Shown: positions 20,655 to 31,994 of the stretch, one piece after another
Numbering within the stretch: position 1 is the stretch's first letter
How the letters are laid out: the number at the start of each line of letters is the position of its first letter
Assembly: GCA_050247195.1 (NCBI GenBank)
Contig: JBFWUP010000001.1
Span: 853,725 to 917,724 of the forward strand
From: Candidatus Melainabacteria bacterium
GTDB taxonomy: Bacteria > Cyanobacteriota > Vampirovibrionia > Vampirovibrionales > Vampirovibrionaceae
DNA: 64,000 nt
Direction of reading: 5' to 3'
The notes under the pieces: generated by a model
Database searches by the model: none
Told to the model about the DNA's origin: nothing
What the model saw: the letters and a program-made list of their open reading frames with translations, nothing else
Made by a program: the position numbers and the translations under genes

Positions 20655-20693
20655 CGCCCCCTCTCCCCCTGAGGTGGAGGGGGTGGGGGAGGG
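20655..20693. repeat. GC-rich imperfect palindrome CGCCCCCTCTCCCCCT ... AGGGGGTGGGGGAGGG (REP-like, copy 4)
   Basis: Seen in the region just upstream of the ABC ATPase gene start. Confidence 0.45.
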
Positions 20694-20825
20694 TAAATTG
20701 GATATTCGATTCCAAATTTTTTGTTAAAGTTGCCCACAACCGGCGCGTCATCGGTTAGTCTGAAGATCCGGTGAGACGATCACCTGTGGGAAAGCGAGTA
20801 CTGCCAAGCAAAAGAGGGAAAAACG

Positions 20826-21239
20826 ATGTTGCCCGTTGGCCTGCCCCTGAATCCGGATGCCGAGCAGCAGCGCGCTTTTCAGGCATGGCTCCGGCAGGCC
20901 CGCAGCGAAAGCCACAACGAAGTCTACACGCACGAAGCAGCCCACGCGGCGGCGGCCGGCGCATACGCCGGGCCGATCAATATCCTCACCAACAGCATGG
21001 GCATCGCCACGGGCGGGTTCGTTCAGATCGCCATGCCGGGACTGAACCCCGCAGACCCGGCGGGCAGCCTAGCGGCATATAAGCAGATTGCCGCGGCCGC
21101 ACAGGCGCCGGGTGCGGATATGTCCGGTGCGGACAAGTCCGTGGCGGCCCAGGCATTCGCCATGATGGGCATGGCGCAGGTGATGATGGACCAGCAGCGG
21201 CAGGGCAGACAACCCCACGCAGGTGGCGCGGGTTTATGA
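20826..21239 (+). CDS. Hypothetical protein (Ala/Gly/Met-rich)
   Basis: Good RBS AAGAGGGAAAAACG directly precedes the ATG. No domain recognised. Confidence 0.45.
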   Translation: MLPVGLPLNPDAEQQRAFQAWLRQARSESHNEVYTHEAAHAAAAGAYAGPINILTNSMGIATGGFVQIAMPGLNPADPAGSLAAYKQIAAAAQAPGADMSGADKSVAAQAFAMMGMAQVMMDQQRQGRQPHAGGAGL

Positions 21240-21540
21240 GCCGGGTTTGTAAATAATTGATTCATATCGCCCACAACTGACCGGTCATTTCGTATGATAT
21301 ATCTCAGTAAGGGAAATGGCTCATTCTCTCAGCAAACTGACCCTGAAGATGACCACGGCCGCCACCATTCCGGCGCCGACAACCAAACCACCGGCTGCCT
21401 GATTCGGGCAGACAGGGCCCCCACTGCATACATTTGCGGCGCCACCCGTTGAAAGCGATCTCCGGTGGATCAGCAGTAAGACCAACTGCTGCCTGAGCAC
21501 AGGTATTTTCCCAGCCAATATTGAAGCAGGAGATAGTGCA

Positions 21541-21960
21541 ATGCATGGTTTAACGCTGGCTTTACCCGTGTCCCAATTTAAGACCCTCCGTCAGCAACCC
21601 GCTCGGGAGCGAATGCCGGAACCGGCGTTTGGGATGACCATGGCCCAGCCAATGGCCCCTTCACTCTATCCAAGGCAGGGGTACACAGCCTTGAACGGCA
21701 CGGTGATGCCTCCGATGGGATTCCGGGTGTTTGTCTACAGCCCGGCCACTGGTGGTGGTCCGCAGACGATTCATCCCGGCGCCGTTGAGCCCGGATCGGC
21801 GATGGCCCGTGGCAAAGCGTTTGCCGGGCATGTTGTGGACACCTTGCTGAAGCCCTTCCGCTGGGTGGGCGAAACAGCGGCCAATATTGTGCGCCGCATG
21901 CGCCGTCAGGATCAGAGCGAATCAGCCAGGACCTACCGGTACCGTCCCTACCACCGATAA
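21541..21960 (+). CDS. Hypothetical protein
   Basis: AGGAGA lies 8 nt upstream of the ATG. No domain recognised. Confidence 0.45.
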   Translation: MHGLTLALPVSQFKTLRQQPARERMPEPAFGMTMAQPMAPSLYPRQGYTALNGTVMPPMGFRVFVYSPATGGGPQTIHPGAVEPGSAMARGKAFAGHVVDTLLKPFRWVGETAANIVRRMRRQDQSESARTYRYRPYHR

Positions 21961-21971
21961 GCCATGCGTCG

Positions 21972-22000
21972 TTGAAAATTCTCATAGTGTGTGCTATACT
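21972..22000 (+). promoter_or_regulatory. Near-consensus sigma70 promoter TTGAAA-17 bp-TATACT
   Basis: Hexamers and spacing read directly from sequence. Predicted transcription start near 22007. Confidence 0.5.
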
Positions 22001-22181
22001 CGAACCTCCAGTGAGGTTGACCCCATAACCTGGCGTGGCCGCAGGCATCCCGCAACCGGGTAATTGGCCGTAAGAGGCGCGTACCGCTCTGGGAATAAAC
22101 AGTGAGGCTTTGCAACAAAGCCTGCTCAGACAAGAAAGAAACAGGCACGTTTTATCGTGCAGCTTTATAGGAATTCAAACG

Positions 22182-22466
22182 ATGTTCAGTATTTTGCACG
22201 ATCTGGCCGGTGTGGTCAGAGGCGGTATCCGCGACGACCTTTGCGATAAATCGGAAGGGTGTTCTCACCTGCCGTATCCCGCCTACAGGCAGCTGCATGC
22301 GCCTGCGGGTGACAGCTTTACGGTGTCTGACGCCTTGCACGCTGCGGCCCACCATGGCATGCGCGAACGCAATGGCCATGTTATGCAGGCCTTCAACGGC
22401 CAGCGTTCCCCGGTGTTTAACACGGCCGGCGGCGGCGCGCAGCCACGCCTGTTTGTGGTGGTGTAG
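22182..22466 (+). CDS. Hypothetical small protein (about 94 aa), doubtful
   Basis: First ATG of track ORF 22110-22466. Weak RBS. No recognisable features. Confidence 0.25.
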   Translation: MFSILHDLAGVVRGGIRDDLCDKSEGCSHLPYPAYRQLHAPAGDSFTVSDALHAAAHHGMRERNGHVMQAFNGQRSPVFNTAGGGAQPRLFVVV

Positions 22467-22566
22467 GCCCCGCTTTCGTTTCTGTCTCCCCCGCCCGGCG
22501 CATGACCGCTTTGCGCTGCGGGGTGTATAATGGCCATTCATCAGATTGTGGTTTTTGTGAGAGGGA

Positions 22567-24342
<1,776 letters not shown>

Positions 24343-24345
24343 GCG

Positions 24346-24915
24346 ATGCGAACTCTGACAGCCCGTCTGCTCTTACTGGGTCTTCTGTTTCTGTCGCCCA
24401 TCGTTCAGGCCGAAAGCCGGGATGCGTATGTCCGGGACACCCTGCTGCATGCCAAGCAGGCCTGCGATAAAGCCTATGTGGACAGCAATGCCTGGTTTAC
24501 CGCCAGTATGGTGGCGGAGGCGGACCGGTATACGACGTGTGTGAAAAATCTGGTTCTGGAAGCGGCGCCGCGTCTCTATAAAAAAGAGGATCTGGCGGCC
24601 ATTGATTTTGCGGCCACGCTGGATGCCGCGCAGAAAAATCTTGGCGCTGTTTACAGTCTGGTCCACGGCCAGGCCATGTACTGCGATGACGATGGCCAGT
24701 GTGATTATTCAGGTGGGACCATGTTTGCCGGCGCCCCCACCCTGGCGCTGGGCGCTTGGTATGCCGACCTGCTGTTGCGCATGTGCCTGATGAGTGAGGC
24801 CGGTCTGCCGGATGCCTGGGTGAAAGCCTACAAACAGTATGAATGGCAGGCGGATCTGAACGACAACCCGGATGATTCCGACGCGGCTGAAGAGACCCCG
24901 GCCCCCCCCAATTAG
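24346..24915 (+). CDS. Secreted Cys-containing hypothetical protein (possibly DUF1311/LprI-like)
   Basis: Signal peptide LLLLGLLFLSPIVQA. Starts 4 nt after the acs stop. The spaced Cys/AW/RY pattern is only loosely DUF1311-like. Confidence 0.45.
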   Translation: MRTLTARLLLLGLLFLSPIVQAESRDAYVRDTLLHAKQACDKAYVDSNAWFTASMVAEADRYTTCVKNLVLEAAPRLYKKEDLAAIDFAATLDAAQKNLGAVYSLVHGQAMYCDDDGQCDYSGGTMFAGAPTLALGAWYADLLLRMCLMSEAGLPDAWVKAYKQYEWQADLNDNPDDSDAAEETPAPPN

Positions 24916-25799
24916 GCGCAGCGGAGCGTGAGCACGGCGATTTCCGGGTGGGTGTTAAAGCGGAATCGCGGAAAACCAAAAGGCTGGTTGGGGTCCTTGA
25001 AGTAGAAGGCGGCTGAACCGAGACCACTGGTGACGTAGAGCTGTGTCTTCTCCCGCTCATACAGCCCGTAGCGGTACTTCATATTAAAAATGTGGCGGTG
25101 GATGGGCATCAGCCAGGGAATAAACACATGGCCGGCATGGGTGTGGCCACTCAGCAGGAGATCGACCGGCCGCCCGTGATGCTGCGTGAAGCGCACCACC
25201 GGGTCAAACAGCAGCGGGTTGTGGCCCAGCATCAGCGTAAACCGTTGCGGGTCACTGCCGGCCAGTGAGGCGTCAATGTCCGGGTAACCGCACCACAGGT
25301 CATCCAGCCCGGCAATGGTGATGGTTTCACCCCGCAGCGTCACGGGGGTATGCCGGTTAATCAGCACGTCATAGCCGCAGCTTTCCAGCATGGCGGTGGT
25401 GCGGGCGCCCTGGGCATGATCGGCGTAATCGTGGTTGCCCAGGATGGCGAACCGGGGTGCGTGCGGGTGAATGGTCTGCAGTTGCCCCAGGTACGAAGCG
25501 GCCAGGGGCAGAAACCGGACGCCATGGTGAATGATATCCCCGGTGAGCACCACGCAGTCCACACTGAGTGCGGCCACCGCATCCATCACGCGCTGATAGT
25601 AGTCTTTGTCCGTGCGTTCGTAAAAGTGAGTGTCGGAGAGCTGTAGAATCCTCAGCCCGTCCAGTGCGCGCGGCAGCCTCGCCAGCGTGACGGGTGTTTC
25701 GTTAATCTGCAGGGCATTGTGGGTGAGGACAGGCATCCGGGTATCCGGCCAATGGGTGGGGGTGGACTCGGGGACAGGTCCGTCATTATACCCCGTCAC
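24912..25799 (-). CDS. Calcineurin-like metallophosphoesterase
   Basis: Motifs DTH, GDIIHHG, GNHD and GHTHAG. The true start may be ATG at 25737. Confidence 0.7.
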   Translation of the reverse strand: MTGYNDGPVPESTPTHWPDTRMPVLTHNALQINETPVTLARLPRALDGLRILQLSDTHFYERTDKDYYQRVMDAVAALSVDCVVLTGDIIHHGVRFLPLAASYLGQLQTIHPHAPRFAILGNHDYADHAQGARTTAMLESCGYDVLINRHTPVTLRGETITIAGLDDLWCGYPDIDASLAGSDPQRFTLMLGHNPLLFDPVVRFTQHHGRPVDLLLSGHTHAGHVFIPWLMPIHRHIFNMKYRYGLYEREKTQLYVTSGLGSAAFYFKDPNQPFGFPRFRFNTHPEIAVLTLRCA

Positions 25800-25838
25800 G
25801 CCGGGGGACTCCAGCCGGTTTTGCGGGTCTGAGCCCGG

Positions 25839-26822
25839 CTATTTGGCCAGGAACGTGTCCATGGCGGTCAGCACGGTGGGCCCCATCAGCACGATAAAAA
25901 TCGGCGGAAAAATAAAGAATACCAGCGGAATGGTCATTTTGACGCTCGCCTTGCTGGCGAGCTCCTCGGCTTTCTGTTTGCGGCGCACGCGCATGTCATC
26001 GGCGCAGACGCGCAGGGTATCGGCAATGCTGGTGCCCAGCTTGTCGCTCTGCACAATCAGGGAGCAGAGGGTTTTCAGTTCTTCCACACCGGACCGCGAG
26101 CCCAGGTTGTGAAAGGCTTCCTGCCGCTTGATGCCGGCGTTCAGCTCCAGGTTGAGCCGGGAGAATTCCCCGGCCAGTTCCGGGGAGATGTGTTTCATTT
26201 CCTCAGCCACCCGGAAAATCGTGGAATCCAGACCCAGGCCGGATTCCACGCAGATGACCATCAGATCCAGCGCATCGGGCAGGCGGTACTGAATTTCTTT
26301 TTTCCGTTTGCCGGCCAGGCCCCGCAGTTTCATCTGAGGCATCATGCTGCCGCCCAGCATACCCACAATGGCCCCACCCAGGGCCATGGTCATGGTTTTG
26401 CCCAGAATGAGCCCCAGGGGCAGCCCTATCACACCACAGATCAGCCCCACGGCCACGCGATGGGTGATGAATTTCCAGACGTGCTGATCGCTGTCCGGCC
26501 GGCCGGCTTCGGTCAGAAGCGTTTTAATTTCCTGCTGGAACTTGGTGTTGTTACCATACAGTTTGTGAGAAATGGGCTCCGAGAAGGTATTCACTTCGCG
26601 GAACATATCGTCAAACAACCCTTTTTCCACAGGCGGGCCCTGCTGCGCTGTCGGTTCGCCGGCATCTTTCATGGCCAGCAGCCGTTCTTTCAGCAGGTTC
26701 TCCTTGTACGTGGCGCTGGAAATAGCCAGCAGGGTGAAAATAAACACTGCAATGGCTGCAATCACGCCGGCTATGCCGAGCGTGAGAATCATGGTGAAAT
26801 CAAGTTGCGGAAAATGAAACAT
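25839..26822 (-). CDS. tadC: Tad pilus assembly inner-membrane protein TadC (GspF-like)
   Basis: Polytopic membrane protein with T2SSF-like domain. Position in the tad operon. Confidence 0.75.
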   Translation of the reverse strand: MFHFPQLDFTMILTLGIAGVIAAIAVFIFTLLAISSATYKENLLKERLLAMKDAGEPTAQQGPPVEKGLFDDMFREVNTFSEPISHKLYGNNTKFQQEIKTLLTEAGRPDSDQHVWKFITHRVAVGLICGVIGLPLGLILGKTMTMALGGAIVGMLGGSMMPQMKLRGLAGKRKKEIQYRLPDALDLMVICVESGLGLDSTIFRVAEEMKHISPELAGEFSRLNLELNAGIKRQEAFHNLGSRSGVEELKTLCSLIVQSDKLGTSIADTLRVCADDMRVRRKQKAEELASKASVKMTIPLVFFIFPPIFIVLMGPTVLTAMDTFLAK

Positions 26823-26825
26823 CGG

Positions 26826-27821
26826 TTACACGCGGATATCGACAATTTTACTGATGATGAAGCCGCCGATACACTGCATCAGCACCGCCACGCCCAGGGC
26901 GAGGTTACCCAGCGGTTTCTGGAGCAGGGGGTCCATGTAGCCCGGCATAAAGAGAGACAGGCCAAAAAAGAGCAGAATCGGCGCGGCGCCCAGTACATAG
27001 CCTGTCAGGCGGGACTGCCCGGTGAGCGCGGCGACCTGCCCTTTGAGTTTAAAGCGTTCCCGGATGGTATAGCTTAGTTTGTTGAGCAGTTCGGCAAGGT
27101 TGCCGCCGGTTTCCCGCTGAATCATCACGGCGGTGGCGAACATCCGGATGTCGGGGGACTCATCGAGGGTTTCCGTCATCCGGTACAGCGCCTCCTTAAC
27201 GGGCACGCCCAGGTTAATGTCACTGACCAGGGCGGAGAATTCAACCCCGATTGGCGCCGACATTTCCGTGGAGACCACAGTGAGTGCCGACTGAAAGGAG
27301 TGCCCCGCCTTGAGGGCGCTGGTAATCAGGTTAAGCGCTTCGGGAAACTGCACGGTGAATTTTTGCAGGCGCTGATTCTTTTTAAAGGTGACAAACAGGT
27401 TGACCAGAACCGGCACGACCAGACCGCCCAGCATCATGACCATATTTTTTACCACCAGGCCCAGCAGAAGGAGGATCATCATGGGCATGAGGATGTATTT
27501 GACGGCCAGTTCGTCGGACTTCAGCTGAAGGTCCGTCTGGCGGACCGTGTTTTTGAAATGGCGGAACAGGGCAATTTTTTCCAGGGCCTGGCCGGTCTGC
27601 GGATTCCTGTAATCGGATTTCTTGATATACCGTTCAATGGAAACGGTTTCCTGCAGATCGGCGCCCGTGCGGATGGTGGATTGGGTGGTTTTCAGCGTGG
27701 TCAGGCGCTCTTCAATCAGGCTGGGTTCCGGGTTGAAGTAGCGCTGCATAAAAAACACGCTGAAACCCAGAGCGATGGCCACGAGGGCGAACAGCGCGAT
27801 AATGCTGACAAGTTCCAGCAC
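26826..27821 (-). CDS. tadB: Tad pilus assembly inner-membrane protein TadB (GspF-like)
   Basis: T2SSF-like membrane protein paralogous to TadC, adjacent to cpaF. Confidence 0.75.
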   Translation of the reverse strand: MLELVSIIALFALVAIALGFSVFFMQRYFNPEPSLIEERLTTLKTTQSTIRTGADLQETVSIERYIKKSDYRNPQTGQALEKIALFRHFKNTVRQTDLQLKSDELAVKYILMPMMILLLLGLVVKNMVMMLGGLVVPVLVNLFVTFKKNQRLQKFTVQFPEALNLITSALKAGHSFQSALTVVSTEMSAPIGVEFSALVSDINLGVPVKEALYRMTETLDESPDIRMFATAVMIQRETGGNLAELLNKLSYTIRERFKLKGQVAALTGQSRLTGYVLGAAPILLFFGLSLFMPGYMDPLLQKPLGNLALGVAVLMQCIGGFIISKIVDIRV

Positions 27822-27833
27822 GTCACACTCCTC

Positions 27834-29312
27834 CTATTCCACCGGTCGGGCAAATATGTGCTCGGGGATCTGAATGCCTTTGGCCTTGGCGATTTCCAGA
27901 AAGCGGGGACGGATACCGGTGGCGACATGGCGCCCGATGACCCGGCCCTCTTCATCCAGGCCCTGCTGTTCGTATTTAAAAATTTCCTGCATGGTGACCT
28001 TCTCGCCTTCCATGCCGGTCAGTTCCGCAATGCTGGTGGTTTTCCGCTGGCCGTCCATCAGCCGGCTGACCTGCACAATGATGTGGACGGCTGAGGAAAT
28101 CTGCTGGTTAATGGTTTTTTCCGGCAGAGGGTTGTCGTTCATCATGCACATGGTCACAATCCGAGAGAGTGCGTCGCGCGGAGTGTTGGCGTGCAGCGTG
28201 GTCAGCGATCCATCGTGACCCGTGTTCATGGCCTGCAGCATTTCCAGGGTTTCACCGCCCCGGCACTCCCCAATCACAATCCGGTCCGGGCGCATCCGCA
28301 GAGAGTTGATGAGCAGCTGGCGGGCCGTAATCTGGCCTTCGCCCTCAATGTTGGGCGGGCGGGTCTCCAGTCGCACCACATGATCCTGCTGAAGCTGCAG
28401 TTCCGCAGAGTCTTCGATGGTGACGATCCGCTCGTTGTGGCTGATGAGCGAGGACAGGCTGTTGAGCAGGGTGGTTTTACCGGAGCCCGTTCCTCCAGAG
28501 ATGACGATGTTGAGGTGACATTTGACCGCCGCATCCAGCAGCATGGCCATATCCGGCGTCATGGAGCCCCAGTTGATCAGTTTCTCCAGGGTGCCGGCAT
28601 CCTGTTTGAATCGGCGGATGGAGACCGAGGGCCCGTCCAGCGCCAGTGGCGGAATGATGGCGTTAAAACGCGATCCGTCCTTCAGGCGGGCGTCCACCAT
28701 CGGGTTTTTCTCATCCACGCGTCGGCCCACAGCCGAAACGATGCGTTCAATAATGTGCATCAGGTGCGCATCGTTGCGAAAACGCACCATGGTGCGTTCC
28801 AGTTTTCCGTTGCGCTCCACATAGATTTTCTGTGAGCCGTTGATCATGATTTCTGAAATCAGGGGGTCGCGCAGCAGGGTTTCCAGCGGACCCAGGCCGA
28901 TAATTTCTTCAACAAGCTCCTGAACCAGGGCATTCCGCTCGGACTGCCCCATGGGTATTTTTTCCTTCACCAGGTATTGTTCCAGGAACTGCTGGGCAGC
29001 CACATGGACTTCCTCGGGGCGGAGCTGTTCGGAGGAGGCAATGTTGAGGTTGTCCACCAGCAGGCTGTGGACTTTCATTTTAAGTTCTTCAAACCGTTCG
29101 CCGCGGTTACTCAGCGGAATATCATGAATGGCGGACTGGCTCTGCGTTTGTGCCGGAGCGGCAGTCTGGGCCGGCGCCTGATAGGTGTTCTGCGGGGGTT
29201 GCGCTGAAGCCGGTGCGGGCGCAGGCTGGCTGTAAGAGCCGCCCGGCGCAGGCGCGCCAAAGGACTGGGGCGCTTTGGGGCTGGGTTTATTCAGGCGGTC
29301 GCGTAAAGACAT
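27834..29312 (-). CDS. cpaF: Tad pilus secretion ATPase CpaF/TadA
   Basis: Walker [10 protein letters not shown], Asp box, Walker B and His box of VirB11/GspE-family ATPases. Low-complexity Pro/Ala/Gln-rich N-terminus. Confidence 0.85.
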   Translation of the reverse strand: MSLRDRLNKPSPKAPQSFGAPAPGGSYSQPAPAPASAQPPQNTYQAPAQTAAPAQTQSQSAIHDIPLSNRGERFEELKMKVHSLLVDNLNIASSEQLRPEEVHVAAQQFLEQYLVKEKIPMGQSERNALVQELVEEIIGLGPLETLLRDPLISEIMINGSQKIYVERNGKLERTMVRFRNDAHLMHIIERIVSAVGRRVDEKNPMVDARLKDGSRFNAIIPPLALDGPSVSIRRFKQDAGTLEKLINWGSMTPDMAMLLDAAVKCHLNIVISGGTGSGKTTLLNSLSSLISHNERIVTIEDSAELQLQQDHVVRLETRPPNIEGEGQITARQLLINSLRMRPDRIVIGECRGGETLEMLQAMNTGHDGSLTTLHANTPRDALSRIVTMCMMNDNPLPEKTINQQISSAVHIIVQVSRLMDGQRKTTSIAELTGMEGEKVTMQEIFKYEQQGLDEEGRVIGRHVATGIRPRFLEIAKAKGIQIPEHIFARPVE

Positions 29313-29339
29313 AAAACCTATGGGGTGTTACTGAACCGG

Positions 29340-30566
29340 TTAATGCTTGCCGAACAGATTGCCCAGCAGACGGGTGGGTTTCAGGGTGTTTTCCAGCGTG
29401 GTTTCACCGGCCTCATCCCCGCTGACTTTGCCGCACAGCTTGTAGGCAAAGTCCATATAGTTCTGGACAATCTGCCTGCTGCCATCCACCTTGTCGATGG
29501 GGATTCCCCGGTTGATGGCCGTCATGATGACGTGGTAGGCGTTGGGAAACTGCCAGAAGACAGGGTGCTCCAGCGTGTCCTCCACGTCGTCAATGGTGAT
29601 TTCATCATCGTTGACGTAACGGTTCACCACCAGTTTGATCTTGTGCTTGTCATATCCCAGGCGCTCAAACAAGCCGAGCAGACGCTGGCTGCTGCGGATG
29701 CTGGGCAGATTGACAATGGAGACCAGCAGAATATCGTCCGCCAGGTCCAGGGCGGTCAGGGTTTTGGAGTCAAAGGAGGTGGTCGTGTCAATCACCACAT
29801 ACTCAAAGCTGGCGCGCAGAACGGTCAGCACCGCGTTAATCTGTTCCGCCGTCAGGTCCTCGGCCTCTTCAACGTTCATCGGGTCGGCCAGAATATAGAC
29901 CTGAGCCTGGCCGTCGTTGAATTCGGCCAGGGAGCTTTCCAGATAGCTTTTATCCACCCGGCCGATGTTGCGCGCAATGTCAACAATGGTCTGCTTGGGT
30001 TCAATGTCCAGAAAAGTCGTGATGTCACCCAGCTGCAGGTTCAGATCGACAATAACCACGGGTTTGTGAATGGCCTTGGACAGGGCGAGCGCCGTATTGA
30101 CGGCAATGGTGGTTTTGCCCAGCCCACCCTTGTTGCTGAAAACGGTGACAATGCGGCCGGAGTTGTCGCCCATGCCGTGATCGATGTTGAGGGACATCTG
30201 GTATTTGTCGATGACCCTCTGCACGTCTTCCGGCTGGAAGGGACGGCGGATGAATTCCCGTGCGCCGGCCTGCATCAGGGCCATAACCAGGTCCATGGAA
30301 ACGGTTTCACCCGAGACAATGATGACGCTTTCCCTGAAGTAGGTTGAAATCCGGTTGATCAGTTCAATGGATTTCTGCGGGTCTTTTCTCAGATCCACAA
30401 ACACCATGTTGGGCCGGTTGTGTCGGATGACTTCGTAGCCGTAAACCAGACTGTCCGTCTCAGCCAGCACTTCGCCGTTTTCATAGGCGCCTTCCACCGT
30501 GCTGCGGATAACGCCGCGTGCGGCCTCGTCTTCGTCGATGATGACTATGCGGATGGGATTGGACAT
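29340..30566 (-). CDS. cpaE: CpaE/TadZ-like pilus assembly protein: N-terminal receiver-like domain fused to MinD/ParA-type ATPase
   Basis: N-terminal CheY-like fold (RIVIIDEDE...) plus deviant Walker A KGGLGKTT. Confidence 0.75.
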   Translation of the reverse strand: MSNPIRIVIIDEDEAARGVIRSTVEGAYENGEVLAETDSLVYGYEVIRHNRPNMVFVDLRKDPQKSIELINRISTYFRESVIIVSGETVSMDLVMALMQAGAREFIRRPFQPEDVQRVIDKYQMSLNIDHGMGDNSGRIVTVFSNKGGLGKTTIAVNTALALSKAIHKPVVIVDLNLQLGDITTFLDIEPKQTIVDIARNIGRVDKSYLESSLAEFNDGQAQVYILADPMNVEEAEDLTAEQINAVLTVLRASFEYVVIDTTTSFDSKTLTALDLADDILLVSIVNLPSIRSSQRLLGLFERLGYDKHKIKLVVNRYVNDDEITIDDVEDTLEHPVFWQFPNAYHVIMTAINRGIPIDKVDGSRQIVQNYMDFAYKLCGKVSGDEAGETTLENTLKPTRLLGNLFGKH

Positions 30567-30595
30567 GGGGATTTGATTCGCCTTTAAGGTGGGGA

Positions 30596-31975
30596 CTACT
30601 TCAGGGCCTGTTTATCACGGCCCAGAATATGGCCGTAATCGCCCTGTTTCACAATGCGGGGCGTTACAACCACGATGAGTTCTTTATCCACTTTGGTGTT
30701 GTCCGTGTTGCGGAAGAGACCGCCGAGGATGGGCAGGTCGCCGGCAAAGGGCACTTTGGACATGGTGTTGCGCTCCTCGCGGGTGAGGATGCCGGAAATC
30801 ATCAGGCTCTCGCCATCTTCCAGCTCCACGGTGGTGGAGGTGGTGCGTTTCAGCAGGCCGCACACCTGGGTGCCGCCCGCGCCGGTGACGCAGCTGGAGG
30901 TATCCAGGCTGCTGACTTCCGGTTCCACCTTCACTTCAATCCGCTTGGATCGGATGGCGATCCACGGGGTGAAGTTCAGCTTTACGCCAAAGTCCTTGAA
31001 CTGGATAATGGGACTGCCGTTCTGGTCCGTTGAGGCCACAAAGGGGAATTCGCCGCCTGCCAGGAAACTGGCGGTCCGGCCGTGGGTGCAGACCAGGGTG
31101 GGTTCCGCCAGAACAGTAATTTTGCCTTCGGTTTCCAGCAGGTCCCAGGCGGCCTGGAAATTCTCACCGAACGGCGAGAATGCGCCCGTAATGCCGCCGG
31201 CGTTGGTACCGGCCTGGTTCAGGCGGATGGGCCTGAGAGGCACCAGGCCCTGGGTGGTGCGGCCCACAGCGGTCAGCACCGTGTCGTCAATCGCCTGGCC
31301 CAGGCGGGTCAGCGAGAGCGAATTGCCGGAATCCGTGGAGAAGGAGGTTTTGATTTGCCGCGCGGTTGATTTGTTGGTTTCGGCGATTTTCACTTCCAGG
31401 TACACCTGCGGCACGGGGGATTCGGTCAGGTCAATAAAGTTTTTGTCGCGGTAACCATAAGCGGCGGCCGTGCGGCGGATTTCATCGAGAATGACGGAGT
31501 TGGAGACCTGGCCGGACAGGATAAAGGAGTCATCGGTGACGCGCGCCTGGATTTTTTCGTTGGGAGCCACCATGCCAATGGCTTTCAGCAGTTCCGAGGT
31601 GTCATTTTCAACATACAGATCAAAAATGCCTTCCTGCCCGTTTTCATCCCAGACAATAAAACTGGTGACGCCCCGCGCCTTGCCGTGAATCATGATCTCG
31701 TCCGGTCCGAGAGGCACCACTTCGGCCAGCGCCGGGTCGGCGATGGAAACACGGGGAATGGGCTGGGCGAACTTGATGATCTGTGAACGCCCCTTGGTAA
31801 CCCGCAGGCTGGTCACGCCACCCTGAAGGGTGGTGGTTTCTTCAGGTGGCGTTGTCTGCGCGTAGGTGCGCGCGCCGCGCCACAGGCTGCAGCCGGCAAG
31901 CAGCAGGGCCACCAGCAGAAAAGCGATCATCCGCCGCGGCATGAACCGCAGGGTGCGTATCCGTTGTGACGGCAT
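30596..31975 (-). CDS. cpaC: Tad secretin CpaC/RcpA
   Basis: BON/secretin N-domains and C-terminal secretin core (...GGLFRNTDNTKVDKELIVVVTPRIV...). Start chosen at MPSQRIRTLRFMPRRMIAFLLV (signal peptide with lipobox-like LAGC). The track's longer ORF overlaps cpaB. Confidence 0.75.
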   Translation of the reverse strand: MPSQRIRTLRFMPRRMIAFLLVALLLAGCSLWRGARTYAQTTPPEETTTLQGGVTSLRVTKGRSQIIKFAQPIPRVSIADPALAEVVPLGPDEIMIHGKARGVTSFIVWDENGQEGIFDLYVENDTSELLKAIGMVAPNEKIQARVTDDSFILSGQVSNSVILDEIRRTAAAYGYRDKNFIDLTESPVPQVYLEVKIAETNKSTARQIKTSFSTDSGNSLSLTRLGQAIDDTVLTAVGRTTQGLVPLRPIRLNQAGTNAGGITGAFSPFGENFQAAWDLLETEGKITVLAEPTLVCTHGRTASFLAGGEFPFVASTDQNGSPIIQFKDFGVKLNFTPWIAIRSKRIEVKVEPEVSSLDTSSCVTGAGGTQVCGLLKRTTSTTVELEDGESLMISGILTREERNTMSKVPFAGDLPILGGLFRNTDNTKVDKELIVVVTPRIVKQGDYGHILGRDKQALK

Positions 31976-31994
31976 GGTCAAAGCCAGAATCCTT

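Noticed and set aside
26109-30347. Long plus-strand ORFs (26109-27077, 27300-28094, 28191-28835, 29325-30347) across the tad locus
   Set aside because: All antisense to strongly supported tadC/tadB/cpaF/cpaE. Their translations are His/Gly/Arg-rich and featureless.
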